Assembly (NCBI GenBank): GCA_963792535.1
Contig: CAWBWQ010000001.1
Span: forward strand, 320,001-384,000
Direction: 5' to 3'
Source: an uncultured Phycisphaerales bacterium
Lineage (GTDB): Bacteria; Planctomycetota; Phycisphaerae; Tepidisphaerales; Tepidisphaeraceae
Length of the DNA stretch: 64,000 nt
The notes below the pieces were generated by a model. The model saw nothing but the letters and a program-made list of their open reading frames with translations, was not told the DNA's origin and searched no databases. The translations under genes and the position numbers were made by a program. Position 1 is the first letter of the stretch; every line of letters begins with the position of its first letter. Below, in pieces: positions 11,083 through 20,779 of this stretch.

Positions 11083-12864
11083 GTGCTGAAATGGTCGGTA
11101 TCGATTCTGCTCCTGGTCTCATTTGCGGCCTGGCCGTTGATATTCGGCCCGTATAATTCCGCGCTTATTACCTTCGGGTCGCTGGGTCCGTGGTGGCTGC
11201 TCGCATTCACGTTGATTATCTTTTTTGTCGCATGGTTTCCGCCACTCTCCGGGCCGATCCATCGCCAGTTGCAGCGGATGGCAAACCCTTCATCCCGCGG
11301 ACAACTTCTCGGCGCTGTTGCGGTTACCATCTTTTCAATCGGCTATCTCTACGTCACCGCGCGGATGGAGCACCGCCAGTTTTTTCCTTATATCCACGAT
11401 GAGTTCAGCTTCCTGATCCAGGCGAATCAATTCGCGCGGCACCGTCTATGGATGCCCGCCCATCCCATGGCACCTTTTTTCGAATCTTTCCAGTTGTTTA
11501 CCGCGCCGGTGTATGCTTCGATTTATTTCCCCGGCACCGCGGTGGTTCACTTACCGGGCACCTGGCTGCATGCGCAACCTTTCGTTACCTCGCTGGCCGT
11601 CTCGGGCGCGGTGGCCGGTCTGCTGTGTTGGATCGTGTGTAAAACCATTGACGCCGTCGCGGGCGGGCTGGCGGTTGCGCTGCTTCTCAGCGACGGTCTT
11701 TATCGCCAGGAATCGCTGCTCACACTGTCGCATATGCCGGTCCTGATGTTCGGTTTGCTATCGATCGTCGCATGGTTGCGCTGGCGCGATACCTTTGGCG
11801 ATGACTGGGCTATCGCCATCGGTTTTTTCCTCGCCTTCGCCGCCATCACCCGTCCGGTGGATGCATTGTGTTTTGCCATCCCCATTGGCATAGCGGTGCT
11901 GGTTCGATGCCGGGTAAAGCGATCCTTCACCGCTGTCTGCTGGATCGCCATCGGCATGCTGCCGCTGCTGCTATTGCAGCTGCTGCTCAACCGTGGGATC
12001 ACGAACAGCTGGCTGCGAACTCCGTTTGGGCTTTATGCGGATAACGAATACCCGGGCTCTTCATACGGATTTCATCCGCCGCGGACGTTTTCAAGGCCCC
12101 AATCCGATTTGCCACAGTTGCAGAAGCTCTACCGCCAGGAGTATTGGCCGCTCATTGAACAGCACCGGCCACAAAATGTCTTCACAGATCTGATGACCCA
12201 TCGTCTGCAGTTTCTGCTGTCGCAGATCTCACCGACCCCGTATCCCGTGCTGGTGCTGCTGTTAGCAGTGTGCCTTCTGGGCTTAACCACATTGCCAGCG
12301 GATCGGCGTGGGCCGGCGGGGGTGATACTCAGCATCTTCCCGCTTTTCGTGTTGCTCTATGGCCCTTACTTTTTGTTTCTGCCCACCTACGCGCTGCCTG
12401 CTGCACCGGCCGTGATCGTTGGAATTATCCTGGGAAATCGAATGATTTCTTTTACCTGGCCGGGGGCGCGGGTGACCGTAGGGGTAACGCTATTTGTCGC
12501 CGGCCTGGCCGTTGCGGCTTTGCCCAACTGGACGCGGGCTAATCCAGAAGACGTTTTCCATGCGGATCTGCTTGAATCGGTGAACACACAACTTGCGGGA
12601 CTATCGCATCGCCCGGCGGTTGTTCTGTTCACCTACAACCCGACCGGCGATGTCCATCAGGAACCTGTCTATAATCCCGATGTTGCCTGGCCTGACGATG
12701 CCCCGATCATCCGCGCACACGATCGCGGCCCGGACAATTTGCGGATATTCCAATATTACGCCGGCATCCAACCGCAACGTTTTTTCTATCGCTTTGATGA
12801 AAAAACCCGCAGGTTGCATCCTCTCGGATTCGCATCCGACCTTGCAAATAAATTGCCGCAGTAA
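11083..12864 (+). CDS. GT-C (PMT/ArnT-like) membrane glycosyltransferase
   Basis: Polytopic membrane protein with an HDE motif in the first loop followed by Y.S.YFPG, and a TRP motif. Confidence 0.7.
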   Translation: MLKWSVSILLLVSFAAWPLIFGPYNSALITFGSLGPWWLLAFTLIIFFVAWFPPLSGPIHRQLQRMANPSSRGQLLGAVAVTIFSIGYLYVTARMEHRQFFPYIHDEFSFLIQANQFARHRLWMPAHPMAPFFESFQLFTAPVYASIYFPGTAVVHLPGTWLHAQPFVTSLAVSGAVAGLLCWIVCKTIDAVAGGLAVALLLSDGLYRQESLLTLSHMPVLMFGLLSIVAWLRWRDTFGDDWAIAIGFFLAFAAITRPVDALCFAIPIGIAVLVRCRVKRSFTAVCWIAIGMLPLLLLQLLLNRGITNSWLRTPFGLYADNEYPGSSYGFHPPRTFSRPQSDLPQLQKLYRQEYWPLIEQHRPQNVFTDLMTHRLQFLLSQISPTPYPVLVLLLAVCLLGLTTLPADRRGPAGVILSIFPLFVLLYGPYFLFLPTYALPAAPAVIVGIILGNRMISFTWPGARVTVGVTLFVAGLAVAALPNWTRANPEDVFHADLLESVNTQLAGLSHRPAVVLFTYNPTGDVHQEPVYNPDVAWPDDAPIIRAHDRGPDNLRIFQYYAGIQPQRFFYRFDEKTRRLHPLGFASDLANKLPQ

Positions 12865-12873
12865 CCGCGTGAA

Positions 12874-14544
12874 TTAATCCACCTTTTTTTCCACAAACCG
12901 GCGCGATACGAATTTTTTCCCCTTCAGCGTCCCGTTTTTCAGCACACCAAGCGCTTCTTCGATGAGTGTCTCCGGCAGTTCAACCACGGAATATTTGTCG
13001 CTGATTTCGATCGACCCGATCGTCGTTCCCTTGATTCCTTCAGCAGTGATCGCCCCGATGAGATTTTGCGGAAGAATGCCCGAACTGCGCCCTGCGCCGA
13101 TGTAAATTCGCGCGGTCTTGACAGGCAGAACCGGGGCAAGCGGCGGCTGCTCCTTGGGCGTCACCGCGGGGAGTATATTCGGTTTAGCGACCGGCGATGG
13201 CGTTGAGTCGTCGTCCTGCTCGCCGCCCGTTGCCAGGTGCGCTAATTTTACCGCCGCCAGCGCGACATCCATCAGACTATGCTCCTGTGCAAGCGACTCG
13301 ACCGCCACGCGATACTGATCCAACCCGCCCGCCAGGATCGCCTCGTGCAGGGACACGCGCGTCAACTCCAGGCGTCTGGCACGCAGATCCGCAACGGTTG
13401 GCACTTGCGCGATAAAAATCTTTCCCTTTGTCTGTCTTTCAAACTGCTGCAGCAATCGCGATTCGCGCGGGTCGGCGAGGGTAATTGCGGTTCCTTCCCG
13501 GCCTGCCCGCCCAACGCGCCCGATGCGATGCACGTATGAATCCGGCGTCGCCGGCGCGTCGTAGTTCACGACCAATTCGAGGTTGTCGATGTCCAATCCG
13601 CGCGCGGCTACATCGGTCGCGATGACCAGGTCGATCTTGCCTTCGCGAAGCTGCTTGATCACGCGCGAGCGCACGTCCTGCGTCACGCCTCCGTGCAAAG
13701 CCTGCGCTCGATATCCCTGCGCGCCCAGCCGATCGGTCAGGTGATCGACCTCCGTGCGAGTCCGGCAAAAAATCAGTGACGATCCGGGATTTTCCATGTC
13801 CAGAACGCGGCTGAGCGCTTCGAGCTTTTTGCCCCGCGGGACGATATATGCCACCTGTCGAACCTTTGGCGCCGCTCCTTTTGCGATCGGTTCGGCGGCG
13901 ATTTGAATCCGCAGTGGAGTTTTCAGATGCCGCTTGACCATTCCCGCGATACGCGGAGGAAGGGTCGCGCTGAAAAACACCGTCTGTCGCGCCGCGGGTG
14001 TCTCTACGAGGATTGCCTCCAGATCATCGGCGAATCCCATGTCGAGCATTTCGTCGGCTTCGTCGAGGGTCAGGTTTGATATGCCGCTGAGATCCATCGT
14101 CTTTCGTCGAATATGATCCAGCGCCCGCCCGGGTGTTGCGACGACCACATCAACCCCCCGGTCCAGCATGCGCTGCTGCTGTCCGAAGGAATGGCCTCCA
14201 TAAATAGGGATGACTGTCAATTTTAATTTCTGGCTGTATTTGTGCATCGCCTCGGCCACCTGCATCGCCAGCTCGCGCGTCGGCACAAGGATCAAAGCCG
14301 ATGGCATCGGGCGATCCTTTGGCAACTCTGCAATGCGATGCAGCAGCGGCAAAGCAAACGCCGCTGTCTTGCCCGTCCCTGTTGCGGCCTGACCGATCAC
14401 ATCCTGCCCGGTCAGTAACAGGGGGATCGCTTCCCGCTGGATCGGGGTGGGTTCTTCGTATCCCAACTCGATTAGGGCATCCAGCAGCTTCGGGTTTAAT
14501 CCAAGGTTGGCAAATCCACTCGCGGTGGCAGTCTTTGTCATCAC
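12874..14544 (-). CDS. deaD: DEAD-box RNA helicase (DeaD/CsdA-like) with C-terminal DbpA-type RNA-binding domain
   Basis: Q motif, ATGTGKT, PTRELA, DEAD, SAT, ARGLD and HRIGRVGRAG. Confidence 0.85.
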   Translation of the reverse strand: MMTKTATASGFANLGLNPKLLDALIELGYEEPTPIQREAIPLLLTGQDVIGQAATGTGKTAAFALPLLHRIAELPKDRPMPSALILVPTRELAMQVAEAMHKYSQKLKLTVIPIYGGHSFGQQQRMLDRGVDVVVATPGRALDHIRRKTMDLSGISNLTLDEADEMLDMGFADDLEAILVETPAARQTVFFSATLPPRIAGMVKRHLKTPLRIQIAAEPIAKGAAPKVRQVAYIVPRGKKLEALSRVLDMENPGSSLIFCRTRTEVDHLTDRLGAQGYRAQALHGGVTQDVRSRVIKQLREGKIDLVIATDVAARGLDIDNLELVVNYDAPATPDSYVHRIGRVGRAGREGTAITLADPRESRLLQQFERQTKGKIFIAQVPTVADLRARRLELTRVSLHEAILAGGLDQYRVAVESLAQEHSLMDVALAAVKLAHLATGGEQDDDSTPSPVAKPNILPAVTPKEQPPLAPVLPVKTARIYIGAGRSSGILPQNLIGAITAEGIKGTTIGSIEISDKYSVVELPETLIEEALGVLKNGTLKGKKFVSRRFVEKKVD

Positions 14545-14947
14545 TATCTCAATTGAGGCCGAAGCCTGTTAAACAAAACGAGTCCCCCAGGCAGGGACGA
14601 ATGGTGAATCGTAGCAAAAATCGCACTGAATTTACATCAGCCGTCACAAGCCCATCGCTGCGCCAGCGCAGCACCCTGATATCGGAACAGGACCGGACCA
14701 TGCCATCACACGGCGTGGACAGCCCTCACTTTTATATTGGAGACTGTCGCGTCTGCTTTGTTACTGATTAATCATTGTCGGTTTGTCACTCTAATTCGTA
14801 GCTTGCTACACTACATCTGTCAGGGGTAGCTAGTATGGACATGGCGACTCGCAGATTCAGCGGCATCATCTGGCGGGACAAGCCGAGCAGGTTGCCGCAC
14901 AAGTACCGATTTGTGAAAAGCGATTATTGCATAGGAGCGAAGCTGTC

Positions 14948-15847
14948 ATGAAAGACCAAGCCATCATGATGAACCAAATCTCTGCCAAGCAAGGTTTTTT
15001 CGCGGCGCTCGACCAGAGCGGAGGGTCGACGCCCGGGCACTGCGGCAATATGGGATTCCGGAGACCGCCTACCGGGGCGATGCGGAAATGTTTCAGCGCA
15101 TGCACGAAATGCGCAGTGCGCGTGATGACCGCGCCGTCTTTCACAGGAGACAAAATCATCGGTGCTATTCTTTTTGAAGGCACGATGGACGGTCTGGCCG
15201 AGGGAAAACCTGTCCCGGCCTACCTTTGGGATGTTCGCCACATTGTTCCATTCCTGAAGGTGGACAAGGGATTGGAAGCAGAGAAAGATGGTGTTCGCCT
15301 GATGAAGCCGATGCCTGCGCTGGACGCGCTGCTGGACCGGGCAACGGGGCTGGGGATTTTTGGTACCAAGATGCGGTCAGTGATTAATCTTCCATCGCCG
15401 ATGGGAATTCATGCGATCGTCGATCAGCAGTTTGCTGTGGCCGGACAAATTCTGAAGCATGGACTTGTTCCCATTCTCGAGCCCGAAGTCCTGATTAACA
15501 GCCCTGATAAGGCGGGGGCGGAAAACATTCTTCTGGAGCAATTGCTCAAGGGGCTGGATGCGCTGACCGCAGAACAACCGGTGTTGCTCAAACTTACACT
15601 CCCCGAAGTTCCCGATCATTATGCGCCGCTGATTCATCACAAGCGGGTGGCGAGGGTTGTTGCGCTTTCCGGCGGCTATGCGCTTGAGGACGCCTGCAAG
15701 CGTCTTGCGATGAACCACGACGTGATCGCAAGCTTTTCGCGCGCACTCCTGGATGAGTTAAAACAATCGATGAGCGACGCTGAGTTTGACGCTACGCTGG
15801 CGACCGTTATCGACAAGATCTATCAGGCCTCAACGTTGAAGCATTGA
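14948..15847 (+). CDS. Class I fructose-bisphosphate aldolase; compensating frameshifts at ~15037 and ~15119
   Basis: AALDQSGGSTP, GAILFE, PFLKVDKGL, GTKMRS, PILEPEV, ALSGGY, ASFSRAL; AGGAG RBS. Confidence 0.9.
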   Translation: MKDQAIMMNQISAKQGFFAALDQSGGSTPGHCGNMGFRRPPTGAMRKCFSACTKCAVRVMTAPSFTGDKIIGAILFEGTMDGLAEGKPVPAYLWDVRHIVPFLKVDKGLEAEKDGVRLMKPMPALDALLDRATGLGIFGTKMRSVINLPSPMGIHAIVDQQFAVAGQILKHGLVPILEPEVLINSPDKAGAENILLEQLLKGLDALTAEQPVLLKLTLPEVPDHYAPLIHHKRVARVVALSGGYALEDACKRLAMNHDVIASFSRALLDELKQSMSDAEFDATLATVIDKIYQASTLKH

Positions 15848-15859
15848 ATTCAAGGTTCA

Positions 15860-17164
15860 TCAGCGGTCAAACAGGTTATGCGATATCCATCCCAGGGCAA
15901 AGCAGCCTATTGCCGCGATAGTGCCGATGATCAGCGCCATGCGATGACGAATCACAATTTTCATGTAGGGGTCGGACCAGACGTCCGCCTTGGCATTGAT
16001 CGTGTTTCCGTCCAGATAGTTCTGCAGATCCTCGCCGAGCGCTGCCGCTGAGGGGTAGCGACGCCGGGGGTCTTTCTCAAGTGCTTTCGCGACGATTGTT
16101 TCAAAGTCTCCGCGGAGTCTCCGATCGATTGTCCCCAGCCGAGGCGGAACGCTTTCGACCACGCGCCTGGCAATTTCCGGGAGTGGGCAGTCGGTTACAT
16201 CAATTGCATGCCTGCCGGTGACCATCTGGAAAAGAACCGCCGCGATGGCGTAGACGTCCGCAGCAGGGCCCACGTCGTCAGCACGACCGGCGATCTGCTC
16301 GGGGCTCATATATGCGGGAGTGCCAACGAGATGGCCCTGGCCGGTAAGGCGCGTGAGTGTTTCCTCTGTCGGTTGACCACCAACTGCACGGGCGACACCA
16401 AAATCCAAAACTTTTACCGAATACGCTGACAGGTCGCGGGCTACAAGCAAATTCGCAGGCTTAAGATCGCGATGAATCACTCCTCTGCGGTGTGCGTGCT
16501 CGATTGCTTCGCACACCTGGATGACCAATGCGACGATCTCCTGCAGGCTGCACCGGTGCAACCGACAATGTTCGAGAATCTGCGTCCCATGGATTTGTTC
16601 CATCGCGATGTAAGGGACGCGAAGTTGCTGTCCATCTGCTGTTCGCACTTCGGCGATACCGGCGGCGTAAATCTCCGCGATTCCCCGGTGGCTCAATCGA
16701 CCCAGCAACTCGGCCTCGCGTTCGAAGCGCGTGATCATTGCGGGGGTGGAAACACTCCGCTTGATCACTTTCAGCGCGACGGTGCGTCGCGGACGTTGCT
16801 GCTCGGCCACGTATACGACCCCCATGCCGCCCACGCCGAGTTGGCCGATGATGACAAAGTCACCTACGCGTTGCCCAACCGCGGCGCCACCCCATTCTTC
16901 CAGCTCAGCGTCGCGGTGCAGCGGCTCGGCACGCGAGCCGTGCAGTTCCGCTGGATTGAGAAATCCGCTGCGCCGGCCGTCATCGTTTCCTGCTTTATCA
17001 AGGTGTAGGAGGAGACTTTTAACCTCGCTGCAAACTTGCGGGTTGTGTTGGCAAAACTCACTGAGCCAGCTGTCGGTGACGGCGCTGGCGCCAAATTCTT
17101 CCCGCCGCTGGGTGGCGGCAATAAAAGCCTCATCCAGGCTGACCGCGCGAGCAATGACACTCAT
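15860..17164 (-). CDS. Membrane-anchored Ser/Thr protein kinase, translationally coupled to the ECF sigma
   Basis: GVGGMG, VALK, HRDLKPAN, DFG, YMSPEQ; single C-terminal TM helix; ATGA overlap with the ECF stop at 17161-17164. Confidence 0.9.
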   Translation of the reverse strand: MSVIARAVSLDEAFIAATQRREEFGASAVTDSWLSEFCQHNPQVCSEVKSLLLHLDKAGNDDGRRSGFLNPAELHGSRAEPLHRDAELEEWGGAAVGQRVGDFVIIGQLGVGGMGVVYVAEQQRPRRTVALKVIKRSVSTPAMITRFEREAELLGRLSHRGIAEIYAAGIAEVRTADGQQLRVPYIAMEQIHGTQILEHCRLHRCSLQEIVALVIQVCEAIEHAHRRGVIHRDLKPANLLVARDLSAYSVKVLDFGVARAVGGQPTEETLTRLTGQGHLVGTPAYMSPEQIAGRADDVGPAADVYAIAAVLFQMVTGRHAIDVTDCPLPEIARRVVESVPPRLGTIDRRLRGDFETIVAKALEKDPRRRYPSAAALGEDLQNYLDGNTINAKADVWSDPYMKIVIRHRMALIIGTIAAIGCFALGWISHNLFDR

Positions 17165-17758
17165 GATGCTCCGGACATCTCGCGGTGAAGCCAGGCACGG
17201 GCAAACGCCCACTCGTTTTTAACCGTGGCGGGTGACAGGTCCATCGCGGCTGCCGTTTCTTCCACGCTTAGCCCGGCGAAGTATCGCAGCGTGACCACCT
17301 TGGCTTTGCGGGGATCGAACTGTTCGAGTTTCTGCAGCGCTTCCTCAAGTGCGACCAGATCGGTGGCGTCATAATCAGGTTTGGCGCTCGCGACGGCTTG
17401 AGCTTCGAGATCGAGACGCTGTTTTCCCCCGCCGTGTTTGGCCCGATTGCGATGTCGCGCGCGTTTCGACCAGAATCCGTCGCATGGTGATCGCCGCTGC
17501 ACCGAAAAAATGACCGCGACCCTGCCAGGCCGCAGCTTTTCGATCCGGATCTTCCGCAGGCGGTGTTACCAGCCGAAGATAAGCTTCATGTACCAACGCC
17601 GTCGCCTGCAACGTCATTCCCGCCCCGGCCTGTGGTTCACCTGCCAAACGCGACTTAGCGAGTATGCGCAGCTCGCCGTAAACTGCATCGAGCAGCTTAT
17701 TTGTCGCCTGCTGATCACCCGTTTGCGCCGCCTGAAGGATCTGCGTCAGTTCTTCCAT
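17161..17758 (-). CDS. ECF sigma factor, kinase-associated (TIGR02999/ECF43-like); frameshift ~17466
   Basis: TLQATALVHEAYLRL and HFFGAAA..MRRILVE in one frame; RARHRNRAKHGGG...LRYFAGLS.EE...W.FARAWL in the other. Confidence 0.88.
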
Positions 17759-17831
17759 GGTTGTGCCCGATTCGGCTGTGCGGAATTTACCCGAAGTTTG
17801 TCATTTACTCGCGAAAGATCTCGGAAAATCT

Positions 17832-17860
17832 TTAGCCTGTTTACCAGGCCGTGTCGCATT
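17832..17860 (+). promoter_or_regulatory. Putative ECF promoter TTAGCC-N16-TCGCATT upstream of the globin
   Basis: One of three copies with identical spacing, each upstream of a gene start. Confidence 0.65.
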
Positions 17861-17907
17861 ACTCTGGCACTGGGGCATTCTGGGTATATTGATGGGCTGG
17901 AATTTCC

Positions 17908-18354
17908 ATGACAAACGAATCTATTTCCCGCATCCTGGAGAGTTACGAACGCTTTGCCCCTGAGGTAGACCAGATGGTCGCCGGGTTTTACGAACGGGTC
18001 TTCGCCGCCGCGCCCAGCGTGCGGCCGCTATTTCAACGCGACATGACATTGCAGCGGCATCACCTTGCCGCCACACTTGCATTGGTGGTCCGCAACCTTC
18101 CTTTTCAGGATCTGCTGGACGAACCTTTCATGGAGCTCGGGGCTCAGCACGTGACGTGGGGTGTTCGACCCGAGCATTATCCGGTGGTAAGAGATGCGCT
18201 TCTGGAATCGATCGGCCAGGTGCTGGGAGACCTGTGGACCGCGCAGCTGCAATGCGATTGGAAGCTGCTGCTGGATCACGTCATAACCGCCATGCTCAAG
18301 GGAGCAACGCGTTTTGCCTTGCAGGCGACGACACTTCGCAAACCGCAGGTTTGA
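17908..18354 (+). CDS. Single-domain globin (flavohemoglobin-type)
   Basis: FYERVF (B10 Tyr), PLF (CD1), E7 Gln, LGAQH..WGV.PEHY (proximal His). Confidence 0.88.
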   Translation: MTNESISRILESYERFAPEVDQMVAGFYERVFAAAPSVRPLFQRDMTLQRHHLAATLALVVRNLPFQDLLDEPFMELGAQHVTWGVRPEHYPVVRDALLESIGQVLGDLWTAQLQCDWKLLLDHVITAMLKGATRFALQATTLRKPQV

Positions 18355-18443
18355 GATCTTTGTTTTTTATTCCCACCTGAAACAAATTCGCCCGGCACGA
18401 TTTCCCGTGCCGGGCGAAGCAGCATTTGAACAGCGATTCAACT

Positions 18444-20603
18444 TCAGGTCGTATACGGTTCGATGTAAATACCCGATACCGTCGCATTGCCGGTGATACC
18501 CTTAAAATTCAGATGTACCATTCCGTCGGTGACGGTAATGATCTGCGATTGACTCCCCACATGCTGAAATCCGTAGGCCTTAGTGATGTCGAAGCTCTTC
18601 AACATGATCTTGCCCTGTGCGGTGACGTCAAACACCCGCACGCCGGGGTATGTGGCAACTCCGTCGTAAAAATAGAGCGTCAAGGTGTAGTTTCCATTGG
18701 GCACAGCAACGTCGTAGCTGAAGTTCTTGCCTACCCGGCGTGAGCGATAGAAGTCTGCGCTGCCGCCGCCTGGTCCCTGGATTGGGGTATTGTCATAGGT
18801 TGAGCTGCCGCCAGTGTAGGAGTTGTCGGCAAAGAAGTGACCACCCGGCGCGTAGCCTCCGGTGGTACTACCGGCATCAATCCCGACTGGATCCACAATC
18901 GCGCCGGCGGTTTGAATCATTACATTGTTCGACGAGCCTGAAACTCCGAAATTGCCTGGAGCAAACACGTTGATTGCCTTCACCCGAATGTAGTACGTGG
19001 TAAATTCCTTCAGTCCCTTCAAGGTGGCCGACGAAGCGGCCGGGCCCGCGGTGGTTTTGAAGATCTGCACGCCGGGCCCAAAGGGCTGGGTGGCATAGTC
19101 GATCTCGTAGACCGTCTGAAAGCTAGACTGCGGTTTCCACGAAATATGGATTGAATGCTGATCCAACGTTTCCCCGGTCAGTTGAAACGGTGCGGCAGGA
19201 GCGTTGGCGTTGCCCATGATTTCGTTCTGGCCGACGTATTCATGACTGCCAGCCCACAAGGTCTGTAATGTGAGAAGATGGCCCGATGGCGTCACGGATG
19301 CATCGCGAACGAATGCATTGGGTGAAAAATAGGCGAATTTGGTCCCGCCGTTGAAAGTAGTGTCCGTGGTACCATCGCGATTCAGTCGAGCCATCACCAT
19401 TCCGTACGGCTTGGTCACGGTCGGATCCGTGCCGAGCACAAAGAGCTTTCCATCCTGCTGGATCGCCACCTTCGAAAAGGCGGTTCCGGTGTTTTGAAAT
19501 TGATCCTCAATGCCCGTTACATTCGTGTTGAAAGTGACGTTTTGGGGGCTGGCTGCGGAGAATGCAAAATTCTGATCGTTGTAAGACAGCCGCCAGATGA
19601 ATGGATGCGCGGCAGAGTCGCCGTGGAGTTGCTCTTGGCCCACCACAAATACGCTGGTTGAATCAGGCGAGTAAACGATGCCATTACCCTGCGAAGCCGG
19701 TGCCCCGAGAATCGTTGCGTACTCACCGCCTCCGGCGGAGTCGGCACCGAAATTGAAAAAGCTGCTGACAAATGCGGTTCCCGCGTACTGCCCGGTAAAA
19801 GCGATATATCCCTCTCGGCTTACTGCCAATGCATTCATCGAGCGCGGCTGAGACGAATCGAATCCAGACGGGCTCGCCAGGCTAAGCCCGTGATTGCAAA
19901 ACGAGTCATCCAGATATCCGGCGTCGGAGTAGCGGGCAAATACTTCCTGGTATTCGGTGCTGACGCCAGGAAAATTCGCGACCCTGTTTCCTCCGATTGT
20001 TACTTCTCCATCCGCCTGGATGCCAATACCGACCGCGGTAGTATCAATGCTTTCCCGTGGATCATCAGAGCTGAAATCGGGTATCAGGAACGGCTGATAA
20101 GCGCCCAGCAGTTGGTGTGTCCCCGCTGAAGAAAGTTTGACCAGCAGCATGCGATTACCGGTGCGTGCGCTGGTGGTGCCACCAACCCAGATCGATCCAT
20201 TGAGGGAGTTGACCGCAACACCTGCCGCGGTCTGGTCACCGGGGAAAAAGAACTCTTCCTTGCCGTCATGATTGTCGCCGAAAGACGTGTCGGGCGTGCC
20301 ATTGGCGTTCACGCGATATACAAGCATGTCTTTGCCGTAAGTTGGATCGGTGATCGTCCCTACGATGACGATTTTCCCATCCTGTTGAACTGCCATTGCA
20401 TCGGCGTCCACACCAAGTGAATTCAGATTGAGGTGTCCGCCGGCACCAAAACTGGTAACCGGGCTCGAGACACTCATCATGGTTCGTCCTTCTAGCGGCT
20501 CGAACATGGATGCGGTTGCAAGTTTGAGCTTCTTCGATCGCTCGCGGTGCAGATCCGTTGTGGCAACTTCGTTTCGACGGTGTGAAAAATTGAAAAGCTT
20601 CAT
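18444..20603 (-). CDS. Secreted protein with delta-60 repeats, fibronectin type III and malectin domains
   Basis: FEPLEGRTMMS motif; AVQQDGKIVIVG...DTSFG repeats; FN3 (W...Y.I...L.GL...T.Y.IRVKA.N); malectin IDAG...RVFDV...FDI. Confidence 0.8.
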   Translation of the reverse strand: MKLFNFSHRRNEVATTDLHRERSKKLKLATASMFEPLEGRTMMSVSSPVTSFGAGGHLNLNSLGVDADAMAVQQDGKIVIVGTITDPTYGKDMLVYRVNANGTPDTSFGDNHDGKEEFFFPGDQTAAGVAVNSLNGSIWVGGTTSARTGNRMLLVKLSSAGTHQLLGAYQPFLIPDFSSDDPRESIDTTAVGIGIQADGEVTIGGNRVANFPGVSTEYQEVFARYSDAGYLDDSFCNHGLSLASPSGFDSSQPRSMNALAVSREGYIAFTGQYAGTAFVSSFFNFGADSAGGGEYATILGAPASQGNGIVYSPDSTSVFVVGQEQLHGDSAAHPFIWRLSYNDQNFAFSAASPQNVTFNTNVTGIEDQFQNTGTAFSKVAIQQDGKLFVLGTDPTVTKPYGMVMARLNRDGTTDTTFNGGTKFAYFSPNAFVRDASVTPSGHLLTLQTLWAGSHEYVGQNEIMGNANAPAAPFQLTGETLDQHSIHISWKPQSSFQTVYEIDYATQPFGPGVQIFKTTAGPAASSATLKGLKEFTTYYIRVKAINVFAPGNFGVSGSSNNVMIQTAGAIVDPVGIDAGSTTGGYAPGGHFFADNSYTGGSSTYDNTPIQGPGGGSADFYRSRRVGKNFSYDVAVPNGNYTLTLYFYDGVATYPGVRVFDVTAQGKIMLKSFDITKAYGFQHVGSQSQIITVTDGMVHLNFKGITGNATVSGIYIEPYTT

Positions 20604-20650
20604 GATCGTGTTCCTCGTGGTTGAATAGGACTTCGTGACTACATCACCCC

Positions 20651-20678
20651 AAGCGATCAATCAGCTTCGGGAGGCTAA
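20651..20678 (-). promoter_or_regulatory. Putative ECF promoter TTAGCC-N16-TCGCTT upstream of the malectin gene
   Basis: Reverse complement of AAGCGA-N16-GGCTAA. Confidence 0.65.
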
Positions 20679-20721
20679 AAGTTTTTTTCCCGCGCATTTG
20701 GAAGCACAATTTGGGTATTTC

Positions 20722-20750
20722 TTAGCCTCGCACTACTGCGATATCGCTTT
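20722..20750 (+). promoter_or_regulatory. Putative ECF promoter TTAGCC-N16-TCGCTTT upstream of the HEAT-repeat gene
   Basis: Third copy, back-to-back with the second. Confidence 0.65.
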
Positions 20751-20779
20751 GGCTGTAGGACGAATCAAACGAGGTGAAG

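Noticed and set aside
14545..14947. Riboswitch or ncRNA between deaD and the aldolase
   Set aside because: No recognisable conserved motif; consistent with divergent promoters and leaders.
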